This document shows, in pieces, positions 26,167 through 35,836 of a DNA stretch of 64,000 bases; positions within the stretch are counted from its first letter, which is position 1, and each line of letters opens with the position of its first letter. The stretch is from Candidatus Staskawiczbacteria bacterium. Its GTDB lineage: Bacteria; Patescibacteriota; Minisyncoccia; Minisyncoccales; Staskawiczbacteraceae. The position numbers and the translations under genes were made by a program. The stretch covers positions 76 through 64,075 of the forward strand of contig CAVZWH010000017.1 of the NCBI GenBank assembly GCA_963778905.1. The letters run 5' to 3'. The notes beneath the pieces are model-generated. The model was not told where the DNA came from and ran no database searches. It saw only the letters and a list, made by a program, of their open reading frames with translations.

Positions 26167-28275
26167 TTAAGGCACGGTATTTCCAGTATTTTTCGTATTT
26201 TGTTGTTTCCATTTTAGATTTAGGATTGCTTTGGACGTAGTGTTCGGTTCGTTCTCAAAACCCCTGTTGCCAATTGTATACTCCGCAGTTCTTAATTGTT
26301 CCCCGATCTGTTTTGTCGTCATAACCCTTAGCCTTTTAGATTTTAACCAGGCATTAAATTTATTTCCGAATTCTTGTAGTTTTATCTTACAACCAGCTTC
26401 TTCTTCGCAGTTCTCTTCAATGAATGTTGGCAACGGGTTAGACCTTTCTTCATATTTTCGCTCTCTTTCTTCATAGTTTCCTTCATTTGTAAATTTGTGG
26501 GTTTCATATAATCCTTTTAGAATGTTCACGCATTTTAGGCATAGGTTTTCGTATTCTTTTTCCGATATTTTAGATAGAATGTCTGCTTTGATATCGAAAA
26601 TATTTGGAAAATCTGTGATAACCCACCTCCTATAAAAACCTAGTGTTTTGTCCGGCGTAGTCGGTAAGCTATTTGTAGCTATAAAAAATGTTGTGATACA
26701 ATCATCAGTAAAAGAAGTTTTGCCCTTAAACTCATATTCAATCAGGTCTTCTCCTGTTATTTTCTTTAAAACATTTGTATTGGCTAGGTCTTTATATCCA
26801 ACCTCTCCTGCAAACGCAACTAATTTTTTGTAGACAGAACTCATCGCAAAATTATTGGTAGACAATTTTTTTATATCCACAGAAATACAATTATATCGTC
26901 CTATTAATTGTTTCACGGCCCCCAAAAATGTTGTCTTTCCATTACTTCCTCCGCCAGTTAGCGCAATTATCCTTTGCATGAACTTGTCATCGGTTAGGGC
27001 ATATGCAAGGTACTCATATAAACTCTGGACATAACTTTCATCTTGAACACCATCTTTTATAACCCATTCTCTTAAAAGTCTATCTATTTCTGGTGTTTCT
27101 TCTGATTCGCCAAGTCTGTGCGGGATTGGATTGGTTAAAAGGTATCTATGATCCGCTTTTACTCTTTCTAATGTTTTAGGATCTATCAGGACATCGTTAA
27201 ATTGAATCCATCCCTTAGGCTTTACCTGTGGCGCCTGTTCTCTTCCTACTTGTTTTAATGCATTTAATATTTGCGTTCTGTTCCCACTGCCAACCGTGTC
27301 AACATTCATTTCTTTGCGGATTCCATTCAGCAAATCAGTTTCATCTTTTAACTCATAGCAATATCTATCAAAATTCCAAAACCATAATAATCCTTCAGGG
27401 GAAAAATAAATAGGTTGCTTATCTATAAATAATTTTGCTTGTCCTATTCTTGTGAAAACATCTCCCGCATTTTTGTTTTTTTTAGCTTCTTTATTTTTAT
27501 AATATTCAAACTTTTTCTTTAGTTCGGATTCCCTTATTGGCGGTTTGTTCTGCGTATTCCATATTTTTGTAGCTTCCCACGCAACTTTAAAATCTTCTTC
27601 AGTTTTTGCTCCGCCTAAATAATGTCCGATTGTTCTAACCGCTAAATTATTTCTACCTCCATCTTCTACGCCATATAGAGCCGAAGAATAATCAAAAATT
27701 TCTCTGGGTTGTTCCTGCCGATTTTCCCCTTCTATTTTTTGAAAAGGGCATCTTTTTAAATAATCAAAATACCAATCTACTGGAAATTCAGCAAATGGTA
27801 AATCTTCAGCAATTTCATAGCCAGTTTCGGTTCCGTCCGGTAATAGATATTTTGTTGGTGGGGCAAATATTAGCCCCCCATCCGAACGAATATCAACATT
27901 TTTTGCTTGATTCTGAGTTTGTGTAACCTTGTCTGTGTGTTTGTACCACTTATGCAATCCTTTCCGCGTGACAGTCGTAAAAGTTGGTGGCAGTTTACCT
28001 AATTCTGGAAAATTTTTACAATCAATGTCCAAAACTGTTAAATTGCTTATCTTTCCTGTTCGGACTGCTATGCTTTTAGCTAAGTTGAATCTTCGTTCAA
28101 GTTCGGCCTCGTTTTCAGGATTTTCATTTATCTCCCCCCAAGGTGGCAAAAAAGGCTTTTTCTTTATTTCCCCCTTGTCATTTATGTAAGTCTCGATATC
28201 AAAGACTTGAACAATAATTATTCCTTTTTTAATATAATCTAGCGCATACTTTTTTAATTCTTCTTTCATCATCAC
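26167..28275 (-). CDS. Bifunctional primase-polymerase / D5-like SF3 helicase (P4-family phage/plasmid primase)
   Basis: The N-terminal prim-pol region has LTVLDIDCKN and TRKGLHKWY. The Walker A motif ALTGGGSNGKTTF lies in the C-terminal half. It is 702 aa. Confidence 0.85.
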   Translation of the reverse strand: MMMKEELKKYALDYIKKGIIIVQVFDIETYINDKGEIKKKPFLPPWGEINENPENEAELERRFNLAKSIAVRTGKISNLTVLDIDCKNFPELGKLPPTFTTVTRKGLHKWYKHTDKVTQTQNQAKNVDIRSDGGLIFAPPTKYLLPDGTETGYEIAEDLPFAEFPVDWYFDYLKRCPFQKIEGENRQEQPREIFDYSSALYGVEDGGRNNLAVRTIGHYLGGAKTEEDFKVAWEATKIWNTQNKPPIRESELKKKFEYYKNKEAKKNKNAGDVFTRIGQAKLFIDKQPIYFSPEGLLWFWNFDRYCYELKDETDLLNGIRKEMNVDTVGSGNRTQILNALKQVGREQAPQVKPKGWIQFNDVLIDPKTLERVKADHRYLLTNPIPHRLGESEETPEIDRLLREWVIKDGVQDESYVQSLYEYLAYALTDDKFMQRIIALTGGGSNGKTTFLGAVKQLIGRYNCISVDIKKLSTNNFAMSSVYKKLVAFAGEVGYKDLANTNVLKKITGEDLIEYEFKGKTSFTDDCITTFFIATNSLPTTPDKTLGFYRRWVITDFPNIFDIKADILSKISEKEYENLCLKCVNILKGLYETHKFTNEGNYEERERKYEERSNPLPTFIEENCEEEAGCKIKLQEFGNKFNAWLKSKRLRVMTTKQIGEQLRTAEYTIGNRGFENEPNTTSKAILNLKWKQQNTKNTGNTVP

Positions 28276-28356
28276 GAGCCTTCTCTAGTCCCTCCCGCCC
28301 AGGCTCGTGAAAGCTTCAGGCGGGGAGGACTAAAGATAAGTAAGTTAATTTTATTA

Positions 28357-28521
28357 TTAATTATTTATTTTTATTATTAAACTGTCTTCAAGTATTACTT
28401 CAAAATATTTTGTTAGGTCAGAAGCGAATTCGCGAACTTCAGCATCCGTAGGGTTTTCGAACCCATATAATCGAACCATGATCCCGCGCCATTTTTCAAA
28501 TAATTTTGGAGATAGTTCCAT
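28357..28521 (-). CDS. Small hypothetical protein upstream of the primase
   Basis: This is an ORF of about 54 aa starting from the internal ATG (MELSPKLFEKWRG...). No motif is recognised. Confidence 0.3.
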   Translation of the reverse strand: MELSPKLFEKWRGIMVRLYGFENPTDAEVREFASDLTKYFEVILEDSLIIKINN

Positions 28522-28676
28522 AAAAAAAATACGCTTTTGTCTGGGCAGTTCTACGCGCCCAGCGGAACCACCCATACAAAAACGTATTTAATGAGGGCGC
28601 TGAACAATAAAAAAGCCTAGCTTGAATAACTAGGTTTTTTATAGCACAAGAGACATTTGTAAAGGTTTACAAACTT

Positions 28677-29354
28677 TTACAGGTAGCGAGGATTAATTTT
28701 GACATCTTTTGTTGTAATAACTAAAAAATCGTTACAATCCGTTTTCTTTTCAACCTTTTCGTTTACGCTAACTCCTGCCTGATAAACTCTTGCCTTTTCA
28801 TCTTCGGATATGTCTTCTGTTTCCATGCTTTGATCCCATTCTTTAATGACATCGTAAAAATCCCAAAGTTCTCCAATTGTTTTTTTAAAAAATAAAGTTT
28901 CTAATAAATCGGCTGCATAGCTTTGGGCCCTTTTTGTTATGATTATTTTCTTTTGTTTGAAAATCAAAGTTTTAGTGTCGGGGTTATAAGTAGCTTTTTC
29001 ATCTTCATCGAAATTTATTTCCGCAATTAAATCCATCATTTTTGATAGTGAGTCTTTAATTAGGGAAAGTACATTTTGTGAACGGGCATCGGAAAAATCA
29101 ATTCCTATGCCACCTGTTTTAAAAAGAGCCAATAACACTGGGTCTGGTTTTAAAAATACATATTTCTTGGACGAACTTAAATTCTGTTGGCGCAATGCCA
29201 GATTTGTCAGTTCAGAGTTAATTCTTACATAATCCTCACTTAGTTTTATAAGCGCATCTAAATCGTAAACCATATTCGCAGTATGGATCAACGAAAGAAC
29301 CTTGTAAGAGATACTTGGTTTTGTTTCTTCTTCTTTTGATATGGGCGCTATCAT
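28677..29354 (-). CDS. Hypothetical protein
   Basis: It is 225 aa and divergent from the MTase gene, with no motif I recognise. Confidence 0.4.
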   Translation of the reverse strand: MIAPISKEEETKPSISYKVLSLIHTANMVYDLDALIKLSEDYVRINSELTNLALRQQNLSSSKKYVFLKPDPVLLALFKTGGIGIDFSDARSQNVLSLIKDSLSKMMDLIAEINFDEDEKATYNPDTKTLIFKQKKIIITKRAQSYAADLLETLFFKKTIGELWDFYDVIKEWDQSMETEDISEDEKARVYQAGVSVNEKVEKKTDCNDFLVITTKDVKINPRYL

Positions 29355-29439
29355 ATTGTAAATATGGCACTTTTGGCTCTCTTTTTCAAGGAGACGAATA
29401 TAGATTGAATATTTGTCAAAAAAGGAGTAAATTTGATTA

Positions 29440-30531
29440 ATGCCAAATAAATCTTTAAACCAAAACTTACATAAAGCGAACCAGGCAAAAAAAGATGAGT
29501 TTTACACTCAGCTTATTGATATAGAAAAAGAGCTTAAACATTATAAGGAACAGTTCCGTGGCAAGATTGTTTATTGCAATTGCGACGATCCGTTTGAGAG
29601 TAATTTTTTTAAGTATTTTGCCGCCAACTTTAAGGAATTGAAATTGAAGAAATTGATTGCCACAAGCTATTCCGGCTCGCCAATTATTGGAGGACAATTG
29701 TCGTTACTCGAGATAAAAGGATCAAAAGGTAAGCAGCCGCTTAAGATTGAAATTAGCGAAGTGCCAGACGCCAACAAGGATGGCGCCATTGATCTTACAG
29801 ACGTAAAATCGCTGCTGAAAAACAACGCTAATATTGCTACGCCCCTAAAGGGTGCGGGCGATTTTCGCAGTAATGAATGTGTTGAGTTATTAAAACAGGC
29901 CGACATAGTTGTCACTAATCCGCCATTTTCGCTCTTTCGCGAATATGTCGCGCAGTTAGTCGAGCATAAAAAGAAGTTTATAATTCTTGGCGATCAGAAT
30001 GCAATTACATATAAAGAATTTTTTAAATTGATAAAAGATAATAAATTGTGGCTTGGCTATGATAATGGTGGGACAAAATGGTTCCAAGTTCCGATGGATT
30101 ACGACATACCAACAGAATCAAGAAAGAAAATTGAGAATGGGGTGCAATATTTTAGCATGGGCCGAATAATGTGGTTTACAAACTTAGACACCACAAAAAG
30201 ACACGAAGAACTGACTTTATATAAAAAATATAGTCCGGAAGAATACCCAAAATATGATAATTATGATGCGATTGAAGTTCCTAGGGTTTTAGATATTCCG
30301 ATGGATTATAAAGGATCTATTGGAGTTCCAATTACGTTTGTTGATAAATATAATCCTAATCAGTTTGAGATTATTGGATTGCTTGCTGATAAGCGTGAAA
30401 TATCAGATGCGCTTATACAGGGTGTTCCTACTTATCTTGATGAACAACATAAAAAATATGTTGGCGCTATTGTAAATCGTAAAGCAACTTATGCACGAAT
30501 TATTATTAAAAATAAGAAAGTGAAAAAATAG
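29440..30531 (+). CDS. M.EcoRI-family N6-adenine DNA methyltransferase
   Basis: There is strong collinear similarity, recalled from memory, to M.EcoRI: LHKANQAKKDEFYTQ, KIVYCNCDDPFESNFFKYFAANF, GDFRSNE and DIVVTNPPFSLFREY. Confidence 0.8.
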   Translation: MPNKSLNQNLHKANQAKKDEFYTQLIDIEKELKHYKEQFRGKIVYCNCDDPFESNFFKYFAANFKELKLKKLIATSYSGSPIIGGQLSLLEIKGSKGKQPLKIEISEVPDANKDGAIDLTDVKSLLKNNANIATPLKGAGDFRSNECVELLKQADIVVTNPPFSLFREYVAQLVEHKKKFIILGDQNAITYKEFFKLIKDNKLWLGYDNGGTKWFQVPMDYDIPTESRKKIENGVQYFSMGRIMWFTNLDTTKRHEELTLYKKYSPEEYPKYDNYDAIEVPRVLDIPMDYKGSIGVPITFVDKYNPNQFEIIGLLADKREISDALIQGVPTYLDEQHKKYVGAIVNRKATYARIIIKNKKVKK

Positions 30532-30532
30532 T

Positions 30533-31624
30533 ATGAAAATTGAATTACACAAAATTCCAGTGCGTAAAGTTATAGCTGGTTATAAAGACAGCGCCGAAGA
30601 GGGGGTGACAGCCTATGAAGGCAAATTGAACATTCGTCCCAAATATCAGCGCGAGTTTGTGTACAAGGAAGGGCAACGCAATGCCGTGATAGAAACAATC
30701 AAAAAAATATTTCCACTGAACGTGATGTATTGGATGATTAGAGAAGATGGTGATTACGAGGTGTTGGACGGTCAGCAGCGCACCATCAGTATTGGACAAT
30801 ATGTTAACGGAGATTTTTCATTGAATGATCGCTTTTTTCATAATTTGACCAAAGAAGAGCAGGATAAAATATTGGATTATGAGCTAATGATTTATTTTTG
30901 CGAAGGCACGGATAAAGAACGAATAGACTGGTTTACAATTATCAATATTTCTGGAGAAAAATTAACAAATCAAGAAATTCTTAACGCTGTTTATACGGGG
31001 CCATGGTTAAGTGATGCTAAATTAAAATTCAGCAAATCAAATTGTGCAGCCTATTTACTGGCAAGCGATGGTGGGCAATTGGTTTGTGGTTCTCCAATTC
31101 GTCAAGACTATTTGGAAACTGCGCTTTCCTGGATAAACGATGGTAATGTTGCAGATTATATGGCTAAGCACCAGCATGATCAAAATGCCGAAGATTTGTG
31201 GGAATATTTCCAAAGCGTAATTGAATGGGTGCGGGCAACTTTTATGAATTATCGCCATGAAATGAACAGTGTACAATGGGGCGAACTGTATAATAAATTC
31301 AAAGATAAAAAAATAGATTCTAAAAAATTGGAAAAAGAAATTTCCGAATTGATGCAAGACGAAGATGTAACGAAAAAATCAGGTATTTATTCATATGTCT
31401 TAACAAAAAGTGAAAAATATTTAAACATCCGGGCCTTTTCAGAAAAACAAAAAAGAGAAGCATACGAAAAACAAAAAGGTAAATGCATAAAATGCAAGAA
31501 ACATTTTGAAATAGAAGAAATGGAGGCAGACCATATAAAGCCTTGGCACGAAGGAGGAAAAACTATCGCCACAAATTGCCAGATGTTGTGCAAGGAAGAT
31601 AATCGAACTAAGTCTGGAAAATAA
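30533..31624 (+). CDS. DUF262 (ParB/Srx-fold NTPase-like) protein with a C-terminal HNH nuclease
   Basis: It has the DUF262 signature YEVLDGQQRTISI and the HNH motif EADHIKPWHEGGKTIATNCQMLCKEDNRTKS. It starts 2 nt after the MTase stop. Confidence 0.8.
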   Translation: MKIELHKIPVRKVIAGYKDSAEEGVTAYEGKLNIRPKYQREFVYKEGQRNAVIETIKKIFPLNVMYWMIREDGDYEVLDGQQRTISIGQYVNGDFSLNDRFFHNLTKEEQDKILDYELMIYFCEGTDKERIDWFTIINISGEKLTNQEILNAVYTGPWLSDAKLKFSKSNCAAYLLASDGGQLVCGSPIRQDYLETALSWINDGNVADYMAKHQHDQNAEDLWEYFQSVIEWVRATFMNYRHEMNSVQWGELYNKFKDKKIDSKKLEKEISELMQDEDVTKKSGIYSYVLTKSEKYLNIRAFSEKQKREAYEKQKGKCIKCKKHFEIEEMEADHIKPWHEGGKTIATNCQMLCKEDNRTKSGK

Positions 31625-31646
31625 AAAAAATTGGAAAATAAAAATT

Positions 31647-33737
31647 ATGAAAGCAGTTGAAACCAAGTTAGTAGCTTTTCTTAAAAAATCACCACAGTTT
31701 GTTATTCCTATTTATCAACGAACGTATAACTGGAGTGAAAAAGAATGCTTACAATTGTGGGACGATATTGTGCGTACGGGAAATAATGAAAAAATCAATG
31801 CTCATTTTGTCGGCTCGATTGTTTATGTAGAAAAAGGACTTTACAATGTGTCGGGGCATAATCCTCTTTTAGTAATTGACGGACAACAGAGATTAACCAC
31901 AGTAAATTTGTTGATAGAAGCACTTGCTCGTGCGCTGGGGGAGACTGAGCCGATAGAAGGTTTCTCTGCAAAAAAGATAAGAAATTATTTTCTTCTTAAT
32001 CCACTGGAAGAAGGGGAGAAAAAGTATAAACTTATTTTATCTCAAACGGATAAAGATTCTTTAATAGCAATTTTAAATCAAGAAGAATTACCACAAGATT
32101 TTTCAATAAGAGTCAAAGAAAATTTTGATTTTTTCACCAATAAAATTAACGAAGAAAAAGAAAATCTTGCAGCTATTTGTAATGGCATAGCCAAGCTTAT
32201 TATTGTAGATATTTCTTTGGATCGTGACCAAGACAACCCTCAACTTATTTTTGAGAGCTTGAATTCAACGGGCAGAGAGCTAAGCCAAGCCGATCTTATC
32301 AGGAATTTTATCCTTATGGGCCTGGAGCATGAATTACAGACAAGGTTATATGACAAATTTTGGAGACCAATGGAAATTGCTTTTGGACAAGAAGGATATG
32401 CTTTATATTTTGATGGTTTTATGAGGCATTATCTTACAGTAAGGACTGGAATCATTCCAAGAGAAAGTGAAGTCTATGAATCATTTAAAAAATACGCTCG
32501 CTCTCCGGAGGTGGCCAATGTAGAAGCCCTTGTTTGTGATATTAGAACATTTGCTGAATATTATTGCGCAATGGCCCTTAATACGGAAAATGACTTAGAA
32601 TTAAAAATGGCATTTCAGGATTTGAAAGAATTAAAGGTTGATGTTGCATTTCCGTTTTTGTTGGAACTCTATAGTGATTATGATAAAAAAGTTTTGTCTG
32701 CAGATGAGTTTCTAAAAGTAGTTCGTCTTGTTGAAAGCTATGTATTTCGCCGAGCGATTTGTGGGATCCCTACAAACTCAATGAACAAAACATTCGCCAA
32801 TTTTTCTCGTGATATAAAAAAAGATAATTATTTAGAAAGTGTCCAAGCTCAATTTTTACTTTTACCATCTTACAGACGCTTTCCGGACGATGAAGAATTT
32901 AAGAGAGAAATTAAATCAAAGGATGTCTATAATTTCCGTAGCAGAAGTTATTGGCTGCGCCGATTAGAAAACTATGATAGAAAAGAACGCGTGCCCGTAG
33001 ATGAATACACTATTGAGCATATCATGCCTCAAAATGAAAATTTATCTGCTGAGTGGCAGTCTGATCTTGGGCCGGAGTGGGAGCACGTTCAAAAAACCTA
33101 TCTGCACACTTTGGGGAATTTAACTTTAACCGGGTATAATTCTGAATACAGCGATAAGCCGTTTTTAGAAAAGAGAAACATGAAAGGGGGATTTTCTGAA
33201 AGCCCCTTAAGGATAAATAAAGAAGTTGCAAATAAAACACATTGGACAGAACAGGACATTGTTGAGAGAGCAGAAAATTTATCTGCGCAAGCGGTTAATG
33301 TCTGGCTTGTACCAGCAGTTGATAAGAATTTACTTGAAAAGTATAAGCCAAAAAATGAGAAAATAGAATACGATATAAACACTCATCCAAACCTTACGGT
33401 TGAACCAGTAAAGGGTTTATTTAATGAATTTCGTAAGCAAGTATTGGCGCTTGATCCATGTGTGACTGAAACCTTTCTTAAGTTGTATGTTGCATACAAG
33501 GCGGAAACTAATTTTGTAGATGTTATACCCCAAGCAAAGCGGTTATGTCTTTCTTTAAATATTCCGTACTCAGAAATTAATGACCCAAAATCAATCTGCA
33601 GAGATGTATCAGGCCTCGGCAGATGGGGCAATGGTGATGTAGAAGTTGGTCTTTCAAGCGTTGAAGAATTGCCATATATTATGGGGTTAGTAAGGCAATC
33701 TTTTGATAGACAGATGGGGCAAGAGTCCGGGGTTTAA
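31647..33737 (+). CDS. GmrSD-like type IV restriction protein (DUF262 + DUF1524) with an extra C-terminal domain
   Basis: It has FVIPIYQRTYNW and LLVIDGQQRLTT (DUF262), and TIEHIMPQ...HTLGNLTLTGYNSEYSDKPF (DUF1524 His-Me finger). An additional tail of about 150 aa follows. Confidence 0.8.
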   Translation: MKAVETKLVAFLKKSPQFVIPIYQRTYNWSEKECLQLWDDIVRTGNNEKINAHFVGSIVYVEKGLYNVSGHNPLLVIDGQQRLTTVNLLIEALARALGETEPIEGFSAKKIRNYFLLNPLEEGEKKYKLILSQTDKDSLIAILNQEELPQDFSIRVKENFDFFTNKINEEKENLAAICNGIAKLIIVDISLDRDQDNPQLIFESLNSTGRELSQADLIRNFILMGLEHELQTRLYDKFWRPMEIAFGQEGYALYFDGFMRHYLTVRTGIIPRESEVYESFKKYARSPEVANVEALVCDIRTFAEYYCAMALNTENDLELKMAFQDLKELKVDVAFPFLLELYSDYDKKVLSADEFLKVVRLVESYVFRRAICGIPTNSMNKTFANFSRDIKKDNYLESVQAQFLLLPSYRRFPDDEEFKREIKSKDVYNFRSRSYWLRRLENYDRKERVPVDEYTIEHIMPQNENLSAEWQSDLGPEWEHVQKTYLHTLGNLTLTGYNSEYSDKPFLEKRNMKGGFSESPLRINKEVANKTHWTEQDIVERAENLSAQAVNVWLVPAVDKNLLEKYKPKNEKIEYDINTHPNLTVEPVKGLFNEFRKQVLALDPCVTETFLKLYVAYKAETNFVDVIPQAKRLCLSLNIPYSEINDPKSICRDVSGLGRWGNGDVEVGLSSVEELPYIMGLVRQSFDRQMGQESGV

Positions 33738-33800
33738 AAATAGAGAGGACATTTAAGACTAAAAATAAAAAATATAAAAAGGCACACCCACATTTAAGTT

Positions 33801-35627
33801 ATGTTTATAAAATGTTTAATAATTAAAAATTTTCGTTGTTTTGGAAAGGGTGTTGACGATCAAGGGATAAAAATCGATTTAGATGATGGTTTAACTGCTT
33901 TTATAGGAAAAAATGGTAGTGGTAAGACTGCTATTTTGGAAGCTATAAACTTTTTGTTTGGACAAGACTACCTTGTAAATAAAGTTAGCGAAAAAGATTT
34001 TAACGCCGAAGCAAAAGATGTAAAAGATGAAATTTTATTTGAGGGAACAACAAAAGTCCCATTTTTTTATGAGGTTGACGTAATCACTGAAACTAGTCAG
34101 CCGGCGGTAATTATTGTTCCATGTAAAGCAGTTAGGTTAACAATAAAAAGACGTCAAAAAGCTGATCGAGTATTGGATGATCCTTTTATTATTACAAAAA
34201 CCGTTATTCCTTTTACTGGCGAAATAAACGATTCTGTTTTTGAAGGAAGCACGTTCAATAAGGCATATTATAATATAAGTTCTCTTGAGAAAATTGATGA
34301 AAGGGTTTTAGATTTGGATAGTGCAAAAGAGTTTATAAAAGTATTACAACTAGGACAATCCATAAACATCGAAGGTCTTGAAGGCTATTATAAGGTTAAG
34401 TTCAAGCTTAAATCTGGAGAAGTAAGGAATACATCTTTTCCTGCTTATAGTTTAGGATTTAATCTTAATAGAATTAAAGGGTTGGCTAAATCATATTACC
34501 TCACAACAAACAGGGACAATGATGTTTCCGGTGATTATTCTTTAATTTCAAAAATACTTACTGATTTGCATTGGAAATACAAGAGGGAGGAATGCAAAGG
34601 GAACGGAGCTTCCGTACAACAAGAATATAACACGCTTGCAAGCTCTTTAAGAAATATAGTTGATGAAAAAGGTAAGTTAATTGAAAAAATCAATCAAAAG
34701 GTAAAATCTATTTGTTGTGATAATAAAGATTTTCAAATAGATTTTATAGATACCGAGCAACCGTATAAGTCCGCTTTTTTAGCAAAGAAAGAGGGCGATA
34801 AATTGCTTATCCCAGCTAACCTAGGTTCTGGGTTTAATATATTGATTGCTTATGCACTTTTTTCTTATGTTGTTGAAAAGGAAAAAATACCGATAGTTTT
34901 GATTATTGACGAGCCGGAGTTACATTTACATAGCGATTGGCAAAAGAAAATGTATGAAATTTTTACAGAACAGCAAGAGTTACAAATAATTTATTCCACC
35001 CAATCTGAAAATTTCATTTCTATAAAAAACTGGCCACAAATCAGATTAGCCTCTGACTCTCAAATTTACCCCCAAAAAGAAATTTTAGAAGAACAAATAA
35101 TGTCCTCTGATGGAAAAAGCGAGCCAAGGGGAAAATATCTTGAAGATTATGCTAAGAGGAACCTACACATTAGTACAATTTTACGAGAAAATCTTGAATT
35201 GTTTTTTACTAAAAAATGTATTTTAGTTGAGGGCCCAGCCGAAAAGTACGGATTACCAATACTTTTAAATCTTTCGGATTGTGATATTGAAAATTATTCT
35301 GTTTCAATAATTCCAGTGTGGGGGAAAACAAAAATAAAAATTTACCAAATGATATGCAGAGTTTTTAGCATTGATTATTTTACAATTTTTGATGTCGACA
35401 AAGTGTCTAACGACGAACCGGCAAACGAAAATGGTGACATAGAGTTTAATTCTCAGGCTGGAAAAGTGGTAAAATTTTCAACAAGTTTCGAAGAAAAACT
35501 TGGGGTGACGGGTGATAATAAATTCCAAAAGTTAGTTAAAAAGATTGATGAATTGACCGATATAAATTCTGTTCATCAGGAAATTAAGGATTGTGTGAAT
35601 AGTCTTAAAACTTTTATTGAGGGATAA
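33801..35627 (+). CDS. OLD-family nuclease (ABC-type ATPase + Toprim), single-gene class 1-like
   Basis: It has the Walker A motif FIGKNGSGKTAILEAI, the Walker B motif VLIIDEPELHLH and the Toprim-like segment CILVEGPAEKYGLPILL. Confidence 0.8.
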   Translation: MFIKCLIIKNFRCFGKGVDDQGIKIDLDDGLTAFIGKNGSGKTAILEAINFLFGQDYLVNKVSEKDFNAEAKDVKDEILFEGTTKVPFFYEVDVITETSQPAVIIVPCKAVRLTIKRRQKADRVLDDPFIITKTVIPFTGEINDSVFEGSTFNKAYYNISSLEKIDERVLDLDSAKEFIKVLQLGQSINIEGLEGYYKVKFKLKSGEVRNTSFPAYSLGFNLNRIKGLAKSYYLTTNRDNDVSGDYSLISKILTDLHWKYKREECKGNGASVQQEYNTLASSLRNIVDEKGKLIEKINQKVKSICCDNKDFQIDFIDTEQPYKSAFLAKKEGDKLLIPANLGSGFNILIAYALFSYVVEKEKIPIVLIIDEPELHLHSDWQKKMYEIFTEQQELQIIYSTQSENFISIKNWPQIRLASDSQIYPQKEILEEQIMSSDGKSEPRGKYLEDYAKRNLHISTILRENLELFFTKKCILVEGPAEKYGLPILLNLSDCDIENYSVSIIPVWGKTKIKIYQMICRVFSIDYFTIFDVDKVSNDEPANENGDIEFNSQAGKVVKFSTSFEEKLGVTGDNKFQKLVKKIDELTDINSVHQEIKDCVNSLKTFIEG

Positions 35628-35836
35628 AAGATAGGAAAATTTAGAAATTAGTGATAAAGTAAAATTAACAATTTAATAATGGGCCTAAACTCATAGCTTG
35701 CTGTGAGCATGGCAAAAAATCGTTCAACATAGAGATCCCGTCATTCGGGGGTCGTGTTGAACGTTATGCAGGGAAACTTGCATAGGGTCGCAAGATCCAC
35801 CCCAGTGGCGGGTTTTGTGTTTATAAAAATAAATTT

